Virus record (IMG/VR): IMGVR_UViG_3300021962_000074
Span: 12,671-76,670 of that record
Length of the DNA stretch: 64,000 nt
Strand: one strand, 5' to 3'
Source of the DNA: a virus
Positions 37,270-49,500 of the stretch are shown here, in pieces. The translations under genes were made by a program, and so were the position numbers. Every line of letters begins with the position of its first letter. Positions within the stretch are counted from its first letter, which is position 1. The notes under the pieces were generated by a model that saw only the letters and a program-made list of their open reading frames with translations, did no database searches and was not told the DNA's origin.

Positions 37270-37479
37270 ATGAAATTAAAAGTTAAGGAAAATGAGAAAT
37301 TTGTGAGAGACTCAAATAACTTAGCAATCTTAAACACTGATGAGAATGCTATAAAGAAGCATGAACTTAAAATGGAACAGCTTCGTAAACAGAAAGAGCG
37401 CGATAGAGAAATCCAGACGATAAAGAACGATTTAGCGGAACTAAAACAATTATTGAGAGATCTAGTAAATGGCAAGTAG
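37270..37479 (+). CDS. small coiled-coil protein that follows DUF4815 genes
   Basis: FVRDSNNLAILNTD...IKNDLAELKQLL. Confidence 0.7.
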   Translation: MKLKVKENEKFVRDSNNLAILNTDENAIKKHELKMEQLRKQKERDREIQTIKNDLAELKQLLRDLVNGK

Positions 37480-39817
37480 TACAAATATCAGTGATGTAGC
37501 AACAGCCAATACGTTTGACGAATGGCGTATACAGACTAATTTGATTGGCGATGATGCCAATGAAATTGCTCGCGGCGATTTTATCAAACCTGCAGGAAAT
37601 GTTACCATTAGCGATGGTTATTTGCTACTAGATAAGGGATCTGGAATCACTCTAGAAGTCGACGCAGATGCTCGCGTCTCTGGTCTTCTGGATCTGAAGA
37701 ATCTAGAACAAGACGCTGATGGATATTTGTATAGCGAAGCAGGTGATATACAGTTTCAGAATGCGGAAGTCATTATACAAGTTGCTGGAAACACTCACAC
37801 CAGATTTTTGTTCAATAACACATACTCAAGTTTAGCAAACGTCAATGCCAATGGATACATAGAAACCACTGGCGTTCACTCTAATAATGATTTGTTCATG
37901 AACATTGCAAATGTTCTGAAAGTGAATACTACTGGAACTGTAAACATCAGTGCATCTGCCACATCTCAAGGTAATTTAAACGTAGCCAATCTACATGTCG
38001 AAACACACGCAGATATAGTTAGCGCATTTGTTGGTAGTTTGGAAGTCGATACTCTAACAACCAATAGCCCTATCCAAGGTGAGGCTGAAATCGCTGCAGG
38101 AACTTATAGATTAAGAGTTGGTGCTTTAACCGACGGCGATGGTTCTTTTGGAGTTTGGAGAGGAAGTTCTACTAAAGGTAATGCTTGGATTGAGTTCTCA
38201 TCTGGAGATGAAGTTTGGAAAGTAACCAACAGCGATATGGGTCTGGATGGATTGGGTGGTAATCCTGCTACATACTACACTATTTTGACAACTGCAAATC
38301 TAACTAATGATCTTGCAAACACTAGCCAATACGCTATTCCTTCTGCGTTTTTAGCGAATTCAATTTACGAAACACTAAGTTCAACTAACGAAGCCGCTGA
38401 TGCTGCTGCGAATACAACTAGCGTTTCTGCTAATAGCGGCTCTGTTCTATACAAGAGAGTAGTAAATTTCGTAAACACAGAACAAGTTATAGTCTCTGTG
38501 GCAGAATCAACACAACCAGGATTTCAAGGCACTGTTGCAAATGTCTCATTCACAGTAACAGAGGCAGTTGGTCGTCAGGGTTCTCCAGGTGTACAAGGTG
38601 CGCAAGGTGTTCAAGGTGACCGCGGAATACAAGGTGCACAAGGCTTGCAGGGCGCGCAAGGTGTTCAAGGTCTAATTGGCAGACAAGGTGACCGCGGAAT
38701 ACAAGGTGCACAAGGCTTGCAGGGCGCGCAAGGTGTTCAAGGTCTAATCGGTAGACAGGGCGAAAAGGGTGATGTTGGTATTCAAGGTGTACAAGGTCTT
38801 GCTGGTACATATGGAGTTAGAGGTGGTGTTGAATATAAGATGGACACCACTGTTAATGGAACTCCAGCAAGCGGAGAAATCACATTTAGTAGCAGTACTG
38901 CATCATCTATATCAATTATTAAGATTCATGAAACTGATAGAAGAGGCGTAGATCAAAGTGCATTTATTGGAGCATGGGATGATAATTCAGCGCCAGTGAG
39001 TGGAATAAGAGGATATCTGACCATTCAGTCTCGCGATCCCACCAGTTCTGATTTTATTGCATTTAGAATTACTGGTGCAATTACTGATTCTGGTACTTAT
39101 CGTCAAGTTCCAGTAAGTTATGTCAGCGGATCTATTCCAGGCAACAACAATGAGTTGGCAGTAAACTTCTCAGCAACTGGTGACGTTGGAGCGCAAGGGG
39201 CAAACGGTGCTGATGGTTCTCAGGGTCCAGCTGGTGTTCAGGGTAGACAAGGAACTCAAGGTCCACAAGGGCGTCAAGGACTCAAGGGTGATAAAGGTGA
39301 TACTGGCGACGCTGGTGCAGTAGGCGTTCAGGGTAGACAAGGAACTCAAGGTCCACAAGGTTCTGCTGGACCAAGTAATGTACTTAATGCATCTAGCACT
39401 ACAGGAGCGCAATATCTAGTCGGTTCTCCAGGAACAGGTAATCAGACTCCTTATATCAGCTCAGTATACATGAGTGGTAATCAAGTCTATGCTGTTGACT
39501 TTAACGCAACTTCTGACGCCAAGTTCAAGGATGTCATTGGTGCGATTGAAGATCCAGTGATCAAGGTAAATGCTCTTGAGGGTATTGAATACACTTGGAA
39601 TGCATTGGCTAAAGAACAAGGACTGTCCGAAGCTGATGATGCCAGCGTTCAAATAGGTTTGATTGCGCAGGAAGTGGAAAAAGTCTATCCATCATTAGTC
39701 ACTGAACTAAATGGCAATAAGGCAGTTAGATATTCTAAGGTTGTGGCATTGTTGATTGAGGCAGTCAAAGAACTCAATGCGAGAGTGAAGAAACTAGAAG
39801 AAAAACTGGGTGAATAA
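37469..39817 (+). CDS. tail/neck fibre with collagen-like segments and C-terminal S74 intramolecular chaperone
   Basis: ANTFDEWR..TN N-terminal motif; GXY repeats; TSDAKFKD.I...GLIAQEVEKVYP..V...Y..VVALLIEAVKEL. Confidence 0.85.
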   Translation: MASSTNISDVATANTFDEWRIQTNLIGDDANEIARGDFIKPAGNVTISDGYLLLDKGSGITLEVDADARVSGLLDLKNLEQDADGYLYSEAGDIQFQNAEVIIQVAGNTHTRFLFNNTYSSLANVNANGYIETTGVHSNNDLFMNIANVLKVNTTGTVNISASATSQGNLNVANLHVETHADIVSAFVGSLEVDTLTTNSPIQGEAEIAAGTYRLRVGALTDGDGSFGVWRGSSTKGNAWIEFSSGDEVWKVTNSDMGLDGLGGNPATYYTILTTANLTNDLANTSQYAIPSAFLANSIYETLSSTNEAADAAANTTSVSANSGSVLYKRVVNFVNTEQVIVSVAESTQPGFQGTVANVSFTVTEAVGRQGSPGVQGAQGVQGDRGIQGAQGLQGAQGVQGLIGRQGDRGIQGAQGLQGAQGVQGLIGRQGEKGDVGIQGVQGLAGTYGVRGGVEYKMDTTVNGTPASGEITFSSSTASSISIIKIHETDRRGVDQSAFIGAWDDNSAPVSGIRGYLTIQSRDPTSSDFIAFRITGAITDSGTYRQVPVSYVSGSIPGNNNELAVNFSATGDVGAQGANGADGSQGPAGVQGRQGTQGPQGRQGLKGDKGDTGDAGAVGVQGRQGTQGPQGSAGPSNVLNASSTTGAQYLVGSPGTGNQTPYISSVYMSGNQVYAVDFNATSDAKFKDVIGAIEDPVIKVNALEGIEYTWNALAKEQGLSEADDASVQIGLIAQEVEKVYPSLVTELNGNKAVRYSKVVALLIEAVKELNARVKKLEEKLGE
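38612..38755 (+). repeat. 72-bp near-perfect tandem duplication in collagen segment
   Basis: caaggtgaccgcggaatacaaggtgcacaaggcttgcagggcgcgcaaggtgttcaaggtctaat.. twice. Confidence 0.85.
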
Positions 39818-39819
39818 AG

Positions 39820-40377
39820 ATGGCTCTACAATCCAGCGCAAGTGGTGCAGATCCTCTAAAATTGAGCGAAGTTAAGGCAGAATTTGGTGGGGCTACCAAT
39901 CCAAAATTATCAGATTATTTGAGGGGTGGGTCTTATGTACCAAACATTAATCCAAATAGTGGTGTAGATTCCTCTTTGCCAATTAATTTATTGAGTTTGC
40001 TTGGTTCTCTAGTTCCATTAAATGAATATACAGTAACTGTTGGTATAAGTGGTAATAATTATGGATATGGTGTGGCTGGATATGGATCTTTGGCAACAAT
40101 AAAAAATACGATGTCTCCTTGGGGTGCTATAGCAACCATTTCTTGGAACAATTCAAATGAAAATATCACTTTGGTTGTGACTAGCGCGGCTTCAATAACA
40201 AAAACTGGATCTTTCACTGGAATGGAAGTTGTTACAGGTCAAGCATATGCCAGTTCAGCTGCAACTTACAATCAAAACGGTGTAGCTGGAGCATATAGTC
40301 AATCCTGGGTATGGGGTCCTACTCCCAATGTATTCGGAGTCGTTAATGGCGCTACAAGAAAATTATATTTTTGGTAA
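39820..40377 (+). CDS. putative fibre-tip adhesin
   Basis: MALQSS...LKLSEVKAEFGG...LSDYLRGG N-terminus typical of genes following S74 fibres. Confidence 0.6.
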   Translation: MALQSSASGADPLKLSEVKAEFGGATNPKLSDYLRGGSYVPNINPNSGVDSSLPINLLSLLGSLVPLNEYTVTVGISGNNYGYGVAGYGSLATIKNTMSPWGAIATISWNNSNENITLVVTSAASITKTGSFTGMEVVTGQAYASSAATYNQNGVAGAYSQSWVWGPTPNVFGVVNGATRKLYFW

Positions 40378-40380
40378 AAC

Positions 40381-40387
40381 CTAAATA
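40381..40387 (+). promoter_or_regulatory. late promoter-like CTAAATA
   Basis: Intergenic, at the start of a fibre cassette. Confidence 0.5.
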
Positions 40388-40418
40388 CAATGACACCTCA
40401 CACCTTTAGAGAGCAAGA

Positions 40419-40751
40419 ATGGCATACGCAGAACTTACGATTGATCAGGGGACTACGTTTCAAACCTCTATTGATCTCGCGAATGACGATGGAACCGCGA
40501 TAAATGTCGCGAATTATACATTTCAGTCGCAGATAAGAAAGTCCTATTATTCCGCAAACGCGACCGCAAATCTAACCGTCACCGTAGTCGATGAGGCTAA
40601 CGGTAACGTAACACTTTCTCTTACATCTGATGAAACTGCTAATATTGCAGCTGGGCGTTATCTATATGACATAAAGATGACTTCATCTGGAGATGTGACT
40701 ACTAGAATTGTGGAAGGCATTGTAACTGTCACTCCACAGGTTAGCCGATGA
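40419..40751 (+). CDS. small virion adaptor protein (BppU-N-like)
   Basis: LTIDQGTTF...QIRKSY...LSLT...T.....GRYLYD...RIVEG.VTVTP.V. Confidence 0.75.
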   Translation: MAYAELTIDQGTTFQTSIDLANDDGTAINVANYTFQSQIRKSYYSANATANLTVTVVDEANGNVTLSLTSDETANIAAGRYLYDIKMTSSGDVTTRIVEGIVTVTPQVSR

Positions 40752-43700
40752 AAGTCACGGTTTCTAATACCAACGATATTGGTAGACTGAGTTTAAAATC
40801 TGGCGCACCAGGACCAACTGGACCACAAGGACCAGGAGGAGTTCAAGGTGTACAAGGTGTGCAAGGAACTCAGGGTTCACAAGGAACTCAAGGTCCACAA
40901 GGATTAACTGGTGTCCAAGGCGTCCAAGGTCCACAAGGAAATACTGGCGTCCAAGGTGTTCAAGGTCCGCAAGGATTAACTGGTGTTCAAGGTGTTCAAG
41001 GTCCGCAAGGATTAACTGGTGTCCAAGGCGTCCAAGGTCCGCAAGGATTAACTGGTGTCCAAGGTGTACAAGGACCACAGGGTGTACAAGGTGAAGTTGG
41101 TCTACAAGGTCCACAGGGATTAACTGGTGTCCAAGGCGTCCAAGGTCCACAAGGTGTACAAGGCGAAGTTGGTTTACAAGGTCCACAAGGTGCAGTAGGA
41201 CCACAAGGTGTTGACGGCGCTCAAGGTGTACAAGGTGAAGTTGGTCTACAAGGTCCACAGGGATTAACTGGTGTACAAGGTGTACAAGGACCACAGGGTG
41301 TTGTGGGTGCACAAGGTGTACAAGGCTTCCAAGGTCCACAAGGATTGATTGGTGTTCAAGGTGTCCAAGGTCCACAAGGTGTCGTTGGAGCGCAAGGCGT
41401 TCAAGGTGTGCAGGGACCACAAGGTGTTGACGGAGCACAAGGTGTACAAGGTGTGCAGGGACCACAAGGTGTCGTTGGCGCACAGGGTGTGCAGGGTGAG
41501 CAAGGACCACAAGGCGTACAAGGTGTTCAAGGTCCGCAGGGCGTTGACGGAGCACAAGGTGTCGTCGGTGCTCAAGGTGTGCAAGGTGTACAAGGACCAC
41601 AAGGTGCACAAGGTGAAACTGGATCTTTCGGTGGTGCCACATTTGATTATGAATATCGAGTAGAAACAAGTGACCCCACCAATCTTGGTGATGGTATTAT
41701 TCGCTTCAATGCTGATCCATTTAACACTGCAACTGAATTGTATATTAGTTATGTTGATGCTGATACTTTAAATGTATATAATTATCTACAAACCATTGAT
41801 GACTCCACTTCTACAATTAAGGGTGTGTTCAAGGTTGCAAATACTGCAAATATAAATCAGTTTGCATTCTTCAGCATAAATGGATCACACTCTGAACACA
41901 CTGATCACTTTAATGTTCCTGTCGCATGGACTAGCGGTGAAACATCTTTAGCCAATACAACAAATGTAATCATTACATTTACTAGAACTGGTGACAAAGG
42001 TGACACTGGAGCACAAGGACCACAGGGTGTACAAGGCGTTCAAGGTCCACAAGGTGTCGTTGGAGCGCAAGGCGTTCAAGGTGAGCAAGGTCCACAAGGT
42101 GTCCAAGGTGTGCAAGGTCCACAAGGTGTTGTCGGTGCACAAGGCGTACAGGGTGTGCAAGGTCCACAGGGTGCACAAGGAGTTCAAGGCGTCCAAGGTC
42201 CACAAGGTGTTGATGGAGCGCAAGGCGTACAAGGCGAACAAGGTCCACAGGGTGCACAAGGCGTACAAGGCGTTCAAGGTCCACAAGGTGTCGTTGGCGC
42301 ACAGGGTGTTCAAGGCGTACAAGGTCCACAAGGTGTTGATGGGGCACAGGGTGTTCAAGGCGTTCAAGGTCCACAAGGTGTCGTTGGCGCACAAGGTGTC
42401 CAAGGTGTTCAAGGTCCACAAGGTGTTGACGGAGCACAAGGTGTCGTCGGTGCTCAAGGTGTGCAAGGTGTCCAAGGCGTTCAAGGTCCACAGGGTGTCC
42501 AAGGTGTACAAGGTGCACAGGGACCACAGGGTGTACAAGGTGAACAAGGTCCACAGGGTGTGCAAGGCGTACAGGGACCACAAGGCGTTGATGGAGCACA
42601 AGGTGTCGTCGGTGCACAAGGTGTGCAAGGTGTACAGGGTGTTCAAGGACCGCAGGGTGTTGATGGAGCACAGGGTGTCCAAGGCGTCCAAGGTCCACAA
42701 GGTGTCGTTGGAGCGCAAGGCGTTCAAGGTGAACAAGGTCCACAAGGTGTCATTGGCGCACAAGGTGTTCAAGGTGAACAAGGTCCACAAGGCGTTGTGG
42801 GTGCACAAGGTGTTCAAGGTGTCCAAGGTCCACAAGGTGTTGAAGGAGCACAAGGCGTTCAAGGTGTGCAGGGACCACAAGGTGTGCAAGGCGAACAGGG
42901 ACCACAAGGTGTACAAGGTGTTCAAGGTCCACAAGGTGTCGTCGGTGCGCAAGGTGTCCAAGGCGAGCAAGGTCCACAAGGTGTCCAAGGTGTACAAGGT
43001 CCGCAAGGTGTCGTCGGTGCGCAAGGTATCCAAGGCGAGCAAGGTCCACAAGGTGTCCAAGGTGTACAAGGACCGCAAGGTGTCGTTGGCGCACAAGGTG
43101 TGCAGGGAGTTCAAGGACCGCAGGGAGTTGTAGGTGCACAGGGTGTTCAAGGTGAGCAAGGTCCACAAGGCGTCCAAGGTGTGCAAGGACCACAAGGTGT
43201 TCAAGGTGAGCAAGGTCCACAAGGTGCACAAGGCGTTCAAGGTGTACAGGGACCACAAGGTGTTGATGGAGCACAAGGCGTACAAGGTGTTCAAGGTCCA
43301 CAAGGTGTCGTAGGCGCGCAAGGCGTTCAAGGTGAACAAGGTCCGCAAGGAGTTCAAGGTGTCGTTGGCGCACAAGGTGTTCAAGGTGAACAAGGTCCGC
43401 AAGGAGTTCAAGGTGTTCAAGGTCCGCAGGGTGTTCAGGGTGTACAAGGAACTCCAGGAGATCTATACGCTACAACCAGTAGCACCTCTGACACTATTGC
43501 AACTGGCAGCACAACCATAACAGTTGAAACTGGTCTTGCCTACTCCGCAGGTCAGAGTGTAATTATTGCCTATGATAGCAGCAATAAAATGGAAGGTACT
43601 GTAACTTCCTATAATTCTGGTACTGGTGACTTAGTTGTTGATGTGACAACAATTACAGGCTCTGGAACATATTCTGTTTGGGATGTCAACCTTGCTGGTG

Positions 43701-45250
43701 CTCCTGGTCCACAAGGACCACAAGGCGTCCAAGGTGTGCAAGGTCCGCAAGGCGTTCAAGGTGTACAGGGACCACAAGGTGTTGATGGAGCACAGGGTGT
43801 TCAAGGCGTTCAAGGTCCACAAGGTGTCATTGGTGCTCAAGGTGTTCAAGGTGAGCAAGGTCCACAAGGCGTACAAGGTGTCGTTGGCGCACAAGGTGTT
43901 GATGGAGCACAAGGCGTCCAAGGTATCCAAGGTCCACAAGGTGTAATCGGCGCACAAGGTGTCCAAGGCGTTCAAGGTCCACAGGGAGTTGTGGGTGCGC
44001 AAGGTGTTCAAGGTGAACAAGGACCGCAAGGTGTCGTTGGTGCGCAAGGTGTTCAAGGCGAACAGGGACCACAAGGCGTTCAAGGCGTACAGGGACCACA
44101 AGGTGTTATTGGCGCACAGGGTGTTCAAGGCGAACAGGGACCACAAGGTGTCATTGGTGCTCAAGGCGTCCAAGGCGTTCAAGGTCCACAGGGTGTCATT
44201 GGTGCTCAAGGTGTTCAAGGTGAGCAAGGTCCACAAGGCGTACAGGGAGTTCAGGGACCACAAGGCGTTGATGGAGCACAAGGCGTCCAAGGTGTGCAAG
44301 GTCCACAAGGTGTTCAAGGCGTTCAAGGACCACAAGGCGTGCAGGGTGTGCAAGGTCCACAAGGTGTTCAAGGCGTTCAAGGACCACAAGGCGTGCAGGG
44401 TGTTGCAGGTAATGATAACTTCCCAGTATCGTCGAATACTGGATCAACTGTAACATCTAGTGGAATCAATTTTACTAACACATCTAGCATTACCGTTCTA
44501 GTTGAAGCAGGTATTGATGGTAATGCTAATGTATCTTTCTCTAGTGGTATTGATGATGGTAATGCTGACATTACTGTACTTGACTCTGCTCCAGGAGGAA
44601 CACCAAGAGCCAATCAAGATTTCTGGTGGGATTCAGATTCTGGTAGATTGAAGATCTACTATAATGACGGCGATACTGCTCAATGGGTTGATGCGTTTAT
44701 CAACTCAGCTGGTCCTCAAGGTCCGCAGGGATTGAATGGTGCATTTACCGTTTCTTCTACTGCTCCTGTATCTCCTGGCGACGGCACAGTTTGGTGGGAT
44801 TCTGATACAGGTAAGTCATACATCTACTATAATGATGGATCATCAAGTCAGTGGGTGTTGGTTGCAGATCCTGAAGTCAAGGGCGATCCTGGTGTAAACT
44901 TCTGGGTCATTGATATTGGTGATGAGACAACTTCATTGACAACTGGAACCGCAAAGAAAACTTTCCGCGCTCCATTTGCGTTGACTCTAACTGATATTCC
45001 AAGAGCAAGTCTAACCACCGCATCAACCTCTGGTGCTGTTACCGTTGACATCAATGTGACTGGAACTTCAGTGCTTGGTGCAAATAAACTAAGCGTAGAT
45101 CAAGATGAGAAAACTTCTACTACAGCTGCTACACCAACTACAATCGCAACCAGCTCTGTAGCTGACGATGCTGAGATTACAATTGACATTGATGGTGCTG
45201 GTACTGGCGCAGCTGGATTGAAGGTTACACTATATTTCAATAAGGTATAG
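40748..45250 (+). CDS. giant collagen-like fibre (1500 aa)
   Basis: About 1000 aa of Gly-X-Y (mostly [12 protein letters not shown]) in three segments separated by globular modules. Confidence 0.9.
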   Translation: MKVTVSNTNDIGRLSLKSGAPGPTGPQGPGGVQGVQGVQGTQGSQGTQGPQGLTGVQGVQGPQGNTGVQGVQGPQGLTGVQGVQGPQGLTGVQGVQGPQGLTGVQGVQGPQGVQGEVGLQGPQGLTGVQGVQGPQGVQGEVGLQGPQGAVGPQGVDGAQGVQGEVGLQGPQGLTGVQGVQGPQGVVGAQGVQGFQGPQGLIGVQGVQGPQGVVGAQGVQGVQGPQGVDGAQGVQGVQGPQGVVGAQGVQGEQGPQGVQGVQGPQGVDGAQGVVGAQGVQGVQGPQGAQGETGSFGGATFDYEYRVETSDPTNLGDGIIRFNADPFNTATELYISYVDADTLNVYNYLQTIDDSTSTIKGVFKVANTANINQFAFFSINGSHSEHTDHFNVPVAWTSGETSLANTTNVIITFTRTGDKGDTGAQGPQGVQGVQGPQGVVGAQGVQGEQGPQGVQGVQGPQGVVGAQGVQGVQGPQGAQGVQGVQGPQGVDGAQGVQGEQGPQGAQGVQGVQGPQGVVGAQGVQGVQGPQGVDGAQGVQGVQGPQGVVGAQGVQGVQGPQGVDGAQGVVGAQGVQGVQGVQGPQGVQGVQGAQGPQGVQGEQGPQGVQGVQGPQGVDGAQGVVGAQGVQGVQGVQGPQGVDGAQGVQGVQGPQGVVGAQGVQGEQGPQGVIGAQGVQGEQGPQGVVGAQGVQGVQGPQGVEGAQGVQGVQGPQGVQGEQGPQGVQGVQGPQGVVGAQGVQGEQGPQGVQGVQGPQGVVGAQGIQGEQGPQGVQGVQGPQGVVGAQGVQGVQGPQGVVGAQGVQGEQGPQGVQGVQGPQGVQGEQGPQGAQGVQGVQGPQGVDGAQGVQGVQGPQGVVGAQGVQGEQGPQGVQGVVGAQGVQGEQGPQGVQGVQGPQGVQGVQGTPGDLYATTSSTSDTIATGSTTITVETGLAYSAGQSVIIAYDSSNKMEGTVTSYNSGTGDLVVDVTTITGSGTYSVWDVNLAGAPGPQGPQGVQGVQGPQGVQGVQGPQGVDGAQGVQGVQGPQGVIGAQGVQGEQGPQGVQGVVGAQGVDGAQGVQGIQGPQGVIGAQGVQGVQGPQGVVGAQGVQGEQGPQGVVGAQGVQGEQGPQGVQGVQGPQGVIGAQGVQGEQGPQGVIGAQGVQGVQGPQGVIGAQGVQGEQGPQGVQGVQGPQGVDGAQGVQGVQGPQGVQGVQGPQGVQGVQGPQGVQGVQGPQGVQGVAGNDNFPVSSNTGSTVTSSGINFTNTSSITVLVEAGIDGNANVSFSSGIDDGNADITVLDSAPGGTPRANQDFWWDSDSGRLKIYYNDGDTAQWVDAFINSAGPQGPQGLNGAFTVSSTAPVSPGDGTVWWDSDTGKSYIYYNDGSSSQWVLVADPEVKGDPGVNFWVIDIGDETTSLTTGTAKKTFRAPFALTLTDIPRASLTTASTSGAVTVDINVTGTSVLGANKLSVDQDEKTSTTAATPTTIATSSVADDAEITIDIDGAGTGAAGLKVTLYFNKV

Positions 45251-45252
45251 AA

Positions 45253-46206
45253 ATGGCACTAAATTTTCCATCCTCACCAAATAATGGCGATCAGTATACT
45301 GATTCAAATGGTCGTATCTGGAGATACGATGGCACTGCATGGGAACCAAGCAGAGGATCAGGCACACGTTTGTTCAAGGGTGTTAAAGTCAAACTCACAT
45401 CAAGCGAAGCGTTGACATCAACTAGCGCAGCAGTCACGTGGGATAGTGAAGTTTATGACATTGGTAACTTCTTTGATGCGGGAAGCAACAAAAGATTGAC
45501 TGCATCAGAAACTGGTTACTATAGAATCAATGCCATTGCTGTAACAGGAACTGGTGGATCTGGTAACAGTTACACACTTGCATTCAAGAAGAATGGCTCA
45601 ACTACGATTTCCTCTGTTTCTGCAGGACCAAATCAAAGCATTGTGTTTGATGAGATTGTATATCTAGTCAAGGGCGATTACATTGAGTTATATGGATCAG
45701 AAACAACAGCTGCAGGTACATTGACATCTAACACAGTGATTGAGTTTATACTCATTGGAACAGCAGCTGGATCAACCACATATAACAATGCTACAGCGTT
45801 CAGTGGCGTCAAGGTGCGACTAACTTCTTCAGAAGCAGCAACTGCTACTCCCACAGCAATTACATGGGACGAAGCAGTGTTCAATGTAAACGCAGATTCT
45901 ACAGGCAATGTATATTGGAGCGTAAGCAATACTGCTAATGTCAGCTTCTACACTACAGGTTACTATCGCGTCAAAGCCTATATTGAAACTGGCACTGGCG
46001 GATCTTCTGGTTCATATACAATCAATCTGCGCAAAGGCACAACAACAATAGAAACAGCAACACTAAGTCCAAATGATCGTTTAGAATACGATGAGGTTTT
46101 GGCTATAAATAGTGGTGACTATTTGCAAATTCAAATTGCTGAATCTACAGCTGCTGGAACAGCATTGGCTGATTCGTACTTTCTAATTACAAGACAGGGT
46201 ATATAA
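45253..46206 (+). CDS. virion protein with two C1q/TNF-like beta-sandwich domains
   Basis: N-terminal FPSSP..G...WRYDG..W motif; tandem F.GVKV.LTSSEA...V/ITWD...TGYYR repeats. Confidence 0.65.
   Translation: MALNFPSSPNNGDQYTDSNGRIWRYDGTAWEPSRGSGTRLFKGVKVKLTSSEALTSTSAAVTWDSEVYDIGNFFDAGSNKRLTASETGYYRINAIAVTGTGGSGNSYTLAFKKNGSTTISSVSAGPNQSIVFDEIVYLVKGDYIELYGSETTAAGTLTSNTVIEFILIGTAAGSTTYNNATAFSGVKVRLTSSEAATATPTAITWDEAVFNVNADSTGNVYWSVSNTANVSFYTTGYYRVKAYIETGTGGSSGSYTINLRKGTTTIETATLSPNDRLEYDEVLAINSGDYLQIQIAESTAAGTALADSYFLITRQGI
46104..46111 (+). promoter_or_regulatory. late promoter-like TATAAATA
   Basis: About 100 nt before ORF 46209. Confidence 0.4.
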
Positions 46207-46208
46207 TC

Positions 46209-46577
46209 ATGGCATTCGTAAAATCTACATCAACAACTACTGCCGAAGCAGTGACTGTATCTGGATTATCTGGTGGAACTAACGGCAAATGTGTTCGTAT
46301 TACAACCAACAACACTGCTGTAGATTGCACTTATAACGATACAGTGGCGCAACTAAATTCAGTGTTGTTTAAAAACAATAATACTTATTATGGTTATGGT
46401 GTGATTGGTGGTTTGACTGGACTTTCTGCTGGTTCTATTTACTTTTTAGGATCTGATGGAACTCCAACTACTACCGCACCAACAATTTCTGCAAGCATTC
46501 GTGCTTTGAGTATTGGATTTGCAATCAATGGAACTACTTTGTTCTTCCGTCCTGGAATCGTAATCTCAGGATCATAA
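46209..46577 (+). CDS. small virion protein
   Basis: 122 aa; GLSAGSIYFLGSDG...IGFAI motif recalls capsid-cement/fibre modules. Confidence 0.6.
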   Translation: MAFVKSTSTTTAEAVTVSGLSGGTNGKCVRITTNNTAVDCTYNDTVAQLNSVLFKNNNTYYGYGVIGGLTGLSAGSIYFLGSDGTPTTTAPTISASIRALSIGFAINGTTLFFRPGIVISGS

Positions 46578-46580
46578 TAT

Positions 46581-49500
46581 ATGGCTGCAATAAATACAGA
46601 GACAATTGTTTATGCTGCGAATACAACTGGCACTAAGATAAATCATCCAGCCATTCCAGGCATGAGTTCTGGATATTGGTTTACAGCTGACTTTGGTTCC
46701 ACTACAACAAAAGACGATACAATTATACCATATCGTTACGGAACTGAGTTGCCAACTCAATCTGGTTATCTATCATTAGTTGGAACCTTTTCTAATATAT
46801 CAGAATCTTGGTTGGGAACCACAAGATATTATCACGGCAGCACAATTTCGCACATTGGTCCTGGAGTCAACGATGTAACCGATGAAGAAGAAACCGATGC
46901 GATCATGTTTGCGCATATTGGATCTCTGGCTCTCAGCCCAGATGATACTGCGATGTATTGGGATCGTTTTTACCAAATACAAGATGGTGGTGATTATTTC
47001 TATTACAACTATCACTTACACGCACCAAATATCTATGAAGACGATTATGAAAACGGACGCATAGTATTCTCTGACGGTAATTATATCAATCCTGACGACA
47101 AGCACTATGGCTATATGATCTTTGCGGAAGCGGATCAGGGTCAGAATAAGTGGCAGTCGATTCTTGCTCGTATTCACCAACCATCTGTTGGTGGTGCTCA
47201 CCAGTCTCACTTAGACGTTGAACTTCCTTCGGTATCAAATAAGAATTATATTCCTGGTGGTATTTTATACGGATCTAGCAGTCGCTATCACGCATTTTAT
47301 TTGACTGCTGATGGATCTAATTGGAAGGTTTATTCTAGAACCTTTGTTCTTTCTAGCCGTGCATTTACAGCAGAAGTTGATCTTGGATCATATGATTTTG
47401 CTGATCCCGTATTTGTTTCTGAAACGAATGTTGGTGAATATCCATTGCGTGCAAGCTGCGGTTTGCTAAGTAGCGAAAAGATTTATTTTCCTGTAATTTA
47501 TAATGGAGCGGCATCTACATATGATCTAAAGATCTGGAGATTAGACTCAGCTGATTCACTATCAGACGCAACACTTAATGTCAGTACAATTTTAACTGGA
47601 TCTAATATCAAACCAGACTGTCATATGATTGAAGTTGATAGCACAATCTACGCTGTCGTTGGTCAAAATACTGGTGCTAATCTGTACAGCTGCAATATAG
47701 AAACCATGACTTGGACTAACGAAGGTCAAATCGTTTCAAATGGATCAAAGGCACTTCGCGTACATGGCGTTTCTTATCAGTCATCTACTCGTAAGTTTTT
47801 CGTTCATCTAAGCGGCGACGAAGACGTTACTGGCACATATTCTGGTCAGGGTGTATATAGTTTCCAAGTAGTGTATACTCGCGTTGATTATGAACATTTT
47901 GACTTTGATGTGACAAATAATGGATTTATTTTGCGCGCAGAAAATACTGCTGGTTATGTAAAATATAATCCGACAAATTATACATGGTATCGTATCAACG
48001 CAATTGAGCCAGACCCAATCCCTACAGGAAACAACGTATTTAAATACGATTATGTATCACCACAATTCGTAGAAAGAAATTCTTCAGCAGGAGTTGGTGG
48101 TGAGCAGTATTATTATGATGTTACTGTGATACCTGATGGGCGTATGTTATTTTGTGGTTTGACTGGAGACAATGAAGGAAATAAAGGTGGAGATGATTTC
48201 TTAGTCGCATTATATGAACCTACAGAAGACGTTGAGCAACCAAAAGCAACATATTGGGCTCATGGAGGAACTGGTCCTGACTATTTTACTGCAGTAACTC
48301 AAAAAGAAGGTGCTAATTATGTGTATCTAACTGGATACTCTAAGAGTCAGTTAGTAGATTTAAATGAATTGAGATACCATCCATATGGTCGTAGATTAAC
48401 AATAGACAATGCGAACACAGAATTTAAAGACTTAGCAATCACTTCTGCAAACACAATCGTCACTGTTGGAACAAAACGCAATACAGAAAACGTGATTGTG
48501 ACTAAGTACACATCAAACATTGGCGTTGAGTGGTCAAAACTAATCACAGGAACAAACGCACAAATTGGTGAAGCAATTGCTGTAGATAGTTCAGATTACA
48601 TCTATGTTGGTGGTAATACCACTACAGGCACAACATCCTCTGGCGGATTCTTAGCCAAGTTGGATAGTGATGGTAATATGATCTGGATCAAGACTCTAGA
48701 TACAAGTGCTGCTGAGTATATCACTAGCATGGCAATGTATAGCGATAATCTATACATCGCTCTGGCGAATACTACTACAAATACACATGTGATGAAACTT
48801 GCTACTGATGGAACAACCATACACTGGCAAAAGACCATTCCTGATTTTTCTGCGCGTAGAATCAAGTTAGACTCTAGTGGTAATATCTACCTTGCTGGAG
48901 ATGACGGTACAGAAAGCACTGTATTTAAATTAAACAATAGTGGCTCGCTAACATGGGCTAGAAAAACAGGCGCTGGATCTTTCTATGATGTGGGTATTGA
49001 TGGTGGATCTAACGTAATCGCTGTCGGTGCAAATACTGGCAACGCTATCATTACTCAGTTTGATTCAACAGGTGCTGCAAACTGGTCAGTCTACGCTAAC
49101 GTAGATTCACAGTTGACTGGCGTAGCAATTGATGGTGATGATAATATCTACGCGATTGGATATGAAAATCAAATTGATCGTCGAGATTATCACCCAGTGA
49201 TTCATGCGATGTCAGAAACTAAGAATCGCGGTATCTTCTTAAAATATAATTCATCTGGTACTTTACAGAAACAAAACTATATGTGGCGCACAGACCCAGA
49301 TGGTAACTTATTTGACACCAACTGGCGTTCTTGTATCATGGATCATCTTGACGATCACATTTGGATTGCTGGTGATGATTTGTTGAACACAGAAGAAAAA
49401 GGCGCAAATCTATTCCGTTTACCAAGACTTGGTTTTGGTTATGGTAAGTTACACAAAGATGATAACTTTGCTGATTATTTTGAATATGGAGTGTATCCAG

